Assembly (NCBI RefSeq): GCF_000181795.1
Contig: NW_003526943.1
Coordinates: forward strand, 7,399,566 to 7,463,565
Direction of reading: 5' to 3'
Source of the DNA: Trichinella spiralis
Lineage: Eukaryota
Length of the DNA: 64,000 nucleotides
The notes under the pieces are model-generated. The model made no database searches. It had not been told where the DNA came from and saw nothing but the letters and a program-made list of their open reading frames with translations. Of this stretch, positions 58,410-64,000 are shown piece after piece. Position 1 is the stretch's first letter, and every line of letters starts with the position of its first letter. Both the position numbers and the translations under genes were made by a program.

Positions 58410-61400
58410 GTTATGTGAAATGTTCATTCTTTATCCAATCTTTGAATTATACAGATATATAATTTTGAATTTATTGATTGTCTGCTTGATTGAAAGCCAA
58501 GGACATGCATGATCAACTTCAGTCAGGTTTCTTATTCTTCATTTTAACCTGTTTGGTTTGGTGGTTTGATAAATCTAGCCCGCCAGCGAGGTCAGCAGCG
58601 TCAGAACATCATCTAATAATTTTTCCCCCAACTTTGTCTTTTGAAAAAGGAAACCACATTCTCTTTTGCAAGCGTTTTATTTCTGATGCTAATTTTATCT
58701 CTTATAATACTAAAAAACAAAGTTATTTTTTACATTTCGTCGTTGTTGCTTTTCTGATGAAACTTTTTTAAAATTGGCTTTGAGTGGACAAAAAAAAAGA
58801 AAATCAATCGTACAACGTAGCCAATCATTTCTACAGTAACTTGGATTGTTTATTTTTTTATTTTTTCTCTGACAGTCATCACATATTTTGATGTAATTAA
58901 TATTCATCTGCTGTGACTGACTGATCGAATGTAATAAAAACAGGGAAACAACGATGCATCAGTGAAACAAGTGTTCAAACGACGATTGTTGTTATTATTT
59001 ATATTTTTTTGAACTTATTTACGAAATTTACAGTACATGATATTCAAGCTCGTCTTACGTCAAGTTTGATAGCTGTTTCCGTGAAGCAGCACTTTGTCGA
59101 CAAGTTGTTAAAAGGGCTACGTCGCGCGAAACTGGACGGGCGCCCTGTTCGACGGTGCGCCCGTATTGCTTGAAAAAAGCGTCGTCACTTTCATCACTTC
59201 GACCTGGATGTTGAAAACGGGTAACAAAATAACTTATATATCCTCAAGTAAATAAATAAATGAATGAAATGTATACAGACGTATTTGCACATATTTGGTA
59301 TGACTATACGTATTTATGCTTCTTTAGATGAATGTTTGTTTGTTTTTATGTTATTTTTTTGCGAGTTGCAAAATTAGCGTGTGAAGTTAGTTGTTAGGAG
59401 AAATGAATTGATTTGAAATGAAAAAATGAGTAATAAGAAGAGAAAGTTTTTTAAATGATGTATGTATTTTTTCAACAATTCATATTAGGGATGAGTGTTT
59501 TGTAATATGTACAGTAGCGTGTAAAAATTGAATGCAAACGTTTTAATAGGGCAGTGAGTGAACGATCAGCGGGGGCGGAAGCTGGATCAATAATTCAACG
59601 AGTGGTTGGTGATAATTTGTTCCGCCAGCTTAAATGTTTTTTTTGGGGCGTTGGCCATGTAGGATTGTACAGACTCGCGCATGCACCTGCAGAAATTTAA
59701 AAACAAAACGTATGCAACAGCAGCAGTAGTGGTAGTTTTTATCAAAAGGCGCGCAGCAGCGCTTCCCCCTCTCCTCTTACCCCCCCCCCTCTTTCGTTTT
59801 ATTCGTCTGTTTGCTGTCAGCAGCAGCATTAACACTAGAAACCTAACAGCTTCAGTTTTCGCTTTTTTGTTGTTTCCCTTTTTTTTTGGTGAAGCTTATT
59901 ATTTTCACTGTTTTGTTTTTTTCTTAATACTTATCATTATTATTAGTTAGTATTGTTCTATCGAGGCAAAAAAAGCCTTTCCAGACCTTTGTTGTATGTT
60001 CGTAAATTGACATGGTTATTTTATTGTTCTCTTAATTTCTGCAGTTGAGTGGAATCGTTGTGCAGAATTTGTTTGTTTGCTGTTTTTCTTTTGCTTTGTT
60101 TGCGTTAAACTTGCAGTTTGGGAAATTGCATTCTCTTCCGTGGTATCGTACGTCGGCAGCAGTCTGCTTTTCAATTATTTTACGAAACAGTTGAAAAATT
60201 TATTATAATTTTTTTTATTTTTTGCTGATTTCAAAAAATGCTGTGCTAGTACACGTGATCATCATTGTTGACTGTGTGCTTTTTCTTTGTTTAATATATT
60301 CTGCAGCTTATTCTTTTTTTGACGAGGGTTTTTTTCTTTTTTTTTTCACTTACGGTGCATTTTGTTGAAAGTGAGCTTAGCTGCTTTTGATTGGAGGAAA
60401 TAAATATCGCACTTTTTGAGAAACGCTCGCAGCCTGGCACGACGCGGCGAACAAAACGAAATTGATCGAACGGCAGCAGCGCAGTGATGGGTGGCGATTT
60501 GGAAAAAGCACATTTTTTCAAATTGTCATCAGTTTTCTGTCTCCAGTTTCTGAGTATCTCTTCAAAATTGCACAACGATGGTCGTCGTTCATTGATTTAA
60601 AATTGCGAAAGAAGAGACGGAGGGGACTTTTCTTTGGTTTTGTATTTTAAAAAAGTTATTAATGGAAAAATTACAGGAACACTTCTAATTAGGGGTAGTT
60701 TTCAATAATTTTTCTTTGTTTGGTAATTTTTGAAAGTGATGTAAATTTTTTGAGAGCGTATTTAAAGGGGAGCGGTTGAGAGGGAGAAAGAGAAAGTGAG
60801 GGGTAGGGGTAGGTGAGGAGAGAGGCAAAAAACGTCAGTTGTTTGATGAAGAAAAGCGCTTTCATTAATTAGCCAGTGTCAACAGATGAAAATTTGCAGT
60901 TTGCAAAACTGGACCGGATTGATGCTTCATTTATTGATTTTCACTGGTCTTCTGTTTCGTTTTTCTTCACGTGCGAGGTACGACTTGGCTTGGAAGCGGC
61001 GGCGATTTATTTTAAGTAACATATTTTGTCCAGGCTATGTAACAACAACAATAGAAGCTTTATTCAGTTTTTTTTTCATGAAGTAATGCTTTTTTTTCTT
61101 GCACCTTATTTTTTTGTTACATAATGAGCTGCAGCTAACTTTTAAAATTAGTTTATTTCAAAGATTTATTATTAAAATATTTTCTTAATTATTTGAACAA
61201 TTGTTTAATTAATTGTATCATCATTGAACTTTTATGAATTAATTGAATTTAATTTTTGATGATTCATAAAACGGACCATTTCCTGATGTGTATCAATTGT
61301 CTGTCTGAATCAGCTCACTGTTCCGCCAGTTTTCATAATATGAAAGCGTTGTTGTTGTTGTTGCGATTAGTTTTTGAATGAAAATTCAATTTTTTTTTTT

Positions 61401-62253
61401 CTGAATTTTCAATTTTCTTTTTTTTCCATTTCTTATCTGAAAGCTTTGCAACATTGCGTAATATTGTAATATTGCATTGGTTTTACTTTTAATTTTAAAA
61501 ACTGTAATTGTGTTCTGAAACTATAAATCCTTTATGTAAAATATCCCTTTTCCATGTAATCTGTTTAACAATAAATGATGCGCATTTGAGATGCCAAAAA
61601 TAGAATGCTGAATGTAACGTATATATATATATATAGATATAATTTATAATTGAGCCGGATTGATTTTGTCTTTTTTGACAGCTATGAGATTTTGTTTTCA
61701 AACTAGCGACAACGAAGCGTGCTTAATATTGTTTAACATTTTCGAAATCAGTGCGACTGTTGTTTTTTGCTTTTTTTGTCTTTGCATCATCAAATCGACA
61801 GCAGCTCTTCTACAGATGCATTTTTCAGTTGTTGATCGTTTGCAGAGAAGCATGTAGAAAAGCAAGCTTACTTGCTTGCCTGATTGCTTTCTTCTTTTTT
61901 TCTCTCTCTGTTGCATTTGCAAAAATGATTGCAATAATGCAACTTTCTTATCAAAGTATTATGTGAAAAATTATTCATTCTGTGAGCGATTCTATTTTAA
62001 AAAAAGCACACAAAGATTCTTACTTTTTCTTCGTAATTTTTTGTATTTTTTTTGCTGAATATTTTTTCTTTACCTCTTGGATATTTTGTAATTTTTTTCT
62101 CACGATCATATAAACAAATAAGCATTACATGCAATATGGGAACATGGCTATTTTTCTGTTTCTTTTGGTGAATTTTAATTTTCAAGTTAATTTTTTTTCT
62201 GGAAAATAATTATAATTAAAATATAACAAATAAGAATATCGTATATTTTTTAT

Positions 62254-62471
62254 TTAACATGGTAAAGCAAAGAATTTTTTCTCGTTTGATTGAAAAGTTG
62301 TGTCGTGACAACAGAAACAGAAGCTAGCAAAAAGTAGTCGTGGTGTATTGGGTATGTAGTACTGATCGAATAGCGGATGTTGTTGTTGTTGTTGTTTGTT
62401 GTCAGCAGCAGGAGCAACTGCAACAACAGCAGAAGCAGGAGGAGGATATAAATATGAGCTTGTTGGTAGAG
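62254..62471 (-). CDS. Possible terminal coding exon (LPTSSYLYPPPASAVVAVAPAADNKQQQQQHPLFDQYY...PC*)
   Basis: TTTTCAG acceptor followed by 72 codons, including the stop, with Pro/Ala/Gln low complexity. Upstream exons could not be joined convincingly. Confidence 0.25.
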
Positions 62472-63212
62472 CTGAAAAGTACAGTTATTGAAAATAAAAT
62501 TGACGGGAAACCTTTTTTAATATTAAATATAATACAGAAATGAGTAGTTTTGTACTGAATTATTGTTTATTTATTTATTATTTTTTATACAATAAATATT
62601 TTTTGATTTAGCCTGCTATTTTAGTGCAGTTTTTATTGTCGAAAAAATATGAACGAAATAAGGTCAAAAATAAACAGAGTTGAATTGTATATATTTACAT
62701 GAAATGGTTGCGTAAACTGGACAATTAGGCAGTAAAAACCACTTTTATGCTTACCTTTTAAATAATATTTACAAATTAATTAATTCATTTTTTCAGATAA
62801 ATATATCAGTTCTTTTGTTTGTTTCATCAGTGGAAGAAGTGTCTTAAAATAAGTGCACTTCTGTCATGCACTTCAGACTGACCATATTTAACCGAAATAG
62901 GATTTAAATATTTTTTTGAACACAAAAAATAATTATTATTATAGCATTTTAAAATATGACCAACTTTTTTTCAGCCTCTCGTATAATTTTGCTCATTTCA
63001 TAGCATTTGATATTTGATATTTTTTGACAAGCGTTAAAAAGCAAGGAAATTTTGATACCAGTTTTTTCTTTCCTAGCGACAAGCGGTTTCGCGTTCACTG
63101 CGTTTGCAAGCTGCTTGGTGATGATTTTTGTTTGATTTTTTTAAAATTATTGTTTGTTTGAACATCAAGCGCTTTCTCTTCCTTTATCATTCTACAAAAT
63201 ATTGGAGAAATG

Positions 63213-63244
<32 letters not shown>

Positions 63245-64000
63245 TACCCATCTGACCAGAGCGAAAAACTTTTTTTTCGATTCATATTTCTTTGGCATTT
63301 ATTTCAGTTGTCTTGTGTCAACTGATCTTCAGGCAACTGTATCTTGCTTTTGGAACAAATGTGAACGCCTAAAAATCAGCTTACAACAAAATTAGCTTAC
63401 TGTTATTTATTTCTCTTTGCTTTTTCTTTTTCCAAAAATCCCAAAGTATGACTTGACGTTGTTTCGGACAGTCATCAGTCGATATATACATATATATATA
63501 TTTGGCTGTTGGTTTGTTGTTAATTTTCTTCTTTTATTTAACATGAAATTTAATCATTTTAAATGAAACAGCCAAGATAGTTTAATAGTTTATAATAAAC
63601 GCCATTTTAGGTATTTTGATAGCAGTTTACTTTTTTATTGTTGAATAAATACAACTATTTCGATGTAATAATAATGGTTATAAACTATTATGCCTTGAAG
63701 CTTTATTTTGCAATTTTCAGTAATAGAATAAAAATGTAATCTATTTTTTATTTGAAGAACTCAACTTCTGCATTTGTATTACGAAAAATTTACATAAATA
63801 TTATGAAGAATAGCACGCATATGAGATGAGATAAGATGCGATAAAGTATAATTGTATTGTAAGGCAAAAAAACTGTTGTAAACAGTTAAGTTTTTTAGCT
63901 GCTTCTGCTGCTTAATCTAGAAGTTATAACATCATGTTTTTGTAGAGAATTGCAGAATAGATTGGCTTTTCTCCTTCTTCATCGTCGCTTGTTTTCAGTT

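Noticed and set aside
60767..60825. Possible G-quadruplex
   Set aside because: Four G-runs are present, but two loops are 11-15 nt long, so it is a weak candidate. It is mentioned only as a purine tract.
51300..62200. Numerous 60-97 aa ORFs rich in F/I/L/K/N
   Set aside because: Their composition is what random AT-rich DNA produces, with no domains or consistent exon chains.

Overview
AT-rich, intron-containing animal genomic DNA. Short GT..TTTTAG/TTTCAG introns and the gene content suggest a clade I nematode such as Trichinella (inference). From left to right I can support: PBDC1 (-), ARMH3/C10orf76 (+), a p24/TMED4-9 cargo receptor (+), a divergent multi-dsRBD protein (-), a full-length decayed Ty3/Gypsy LTR retrotransposon with intact 4-bp TSD (-), an intronless-CDS Mextli-like MIF4G/KH gene (+), MITE-like inverted repeats, a 10-N assembly gap followed by a GC-rich hairpin-dense island, a kinesin-6-like gene with destroyed switch I/II motifs (+), a membrane-anchored MMP (zmp-1/Mmp2-like, +) hosting tRNA-Lys(TTT) and a miR-67/307-family hairpin in its introns, a Dlish/Vamana-like single-SH3 gene (+), MED29 (-), a second Mextli-like paralogue (+), an intronless divergent ionotropic-receptor gene (-), and about 12 kb with no recognisable coding sequence. 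The most interesting items are the duplicated Mextli-like pair (mosaic gene-conversion tract, extra degenerate KH, conserved YxxxxL-phi motif), the putative pseudo-kinesin-6, the intronic miR-67/307, the hairpin island, and a CpG-deamination signature between the LTRs. All family assignments come from manual translation and recalled motifs, not from database searches.
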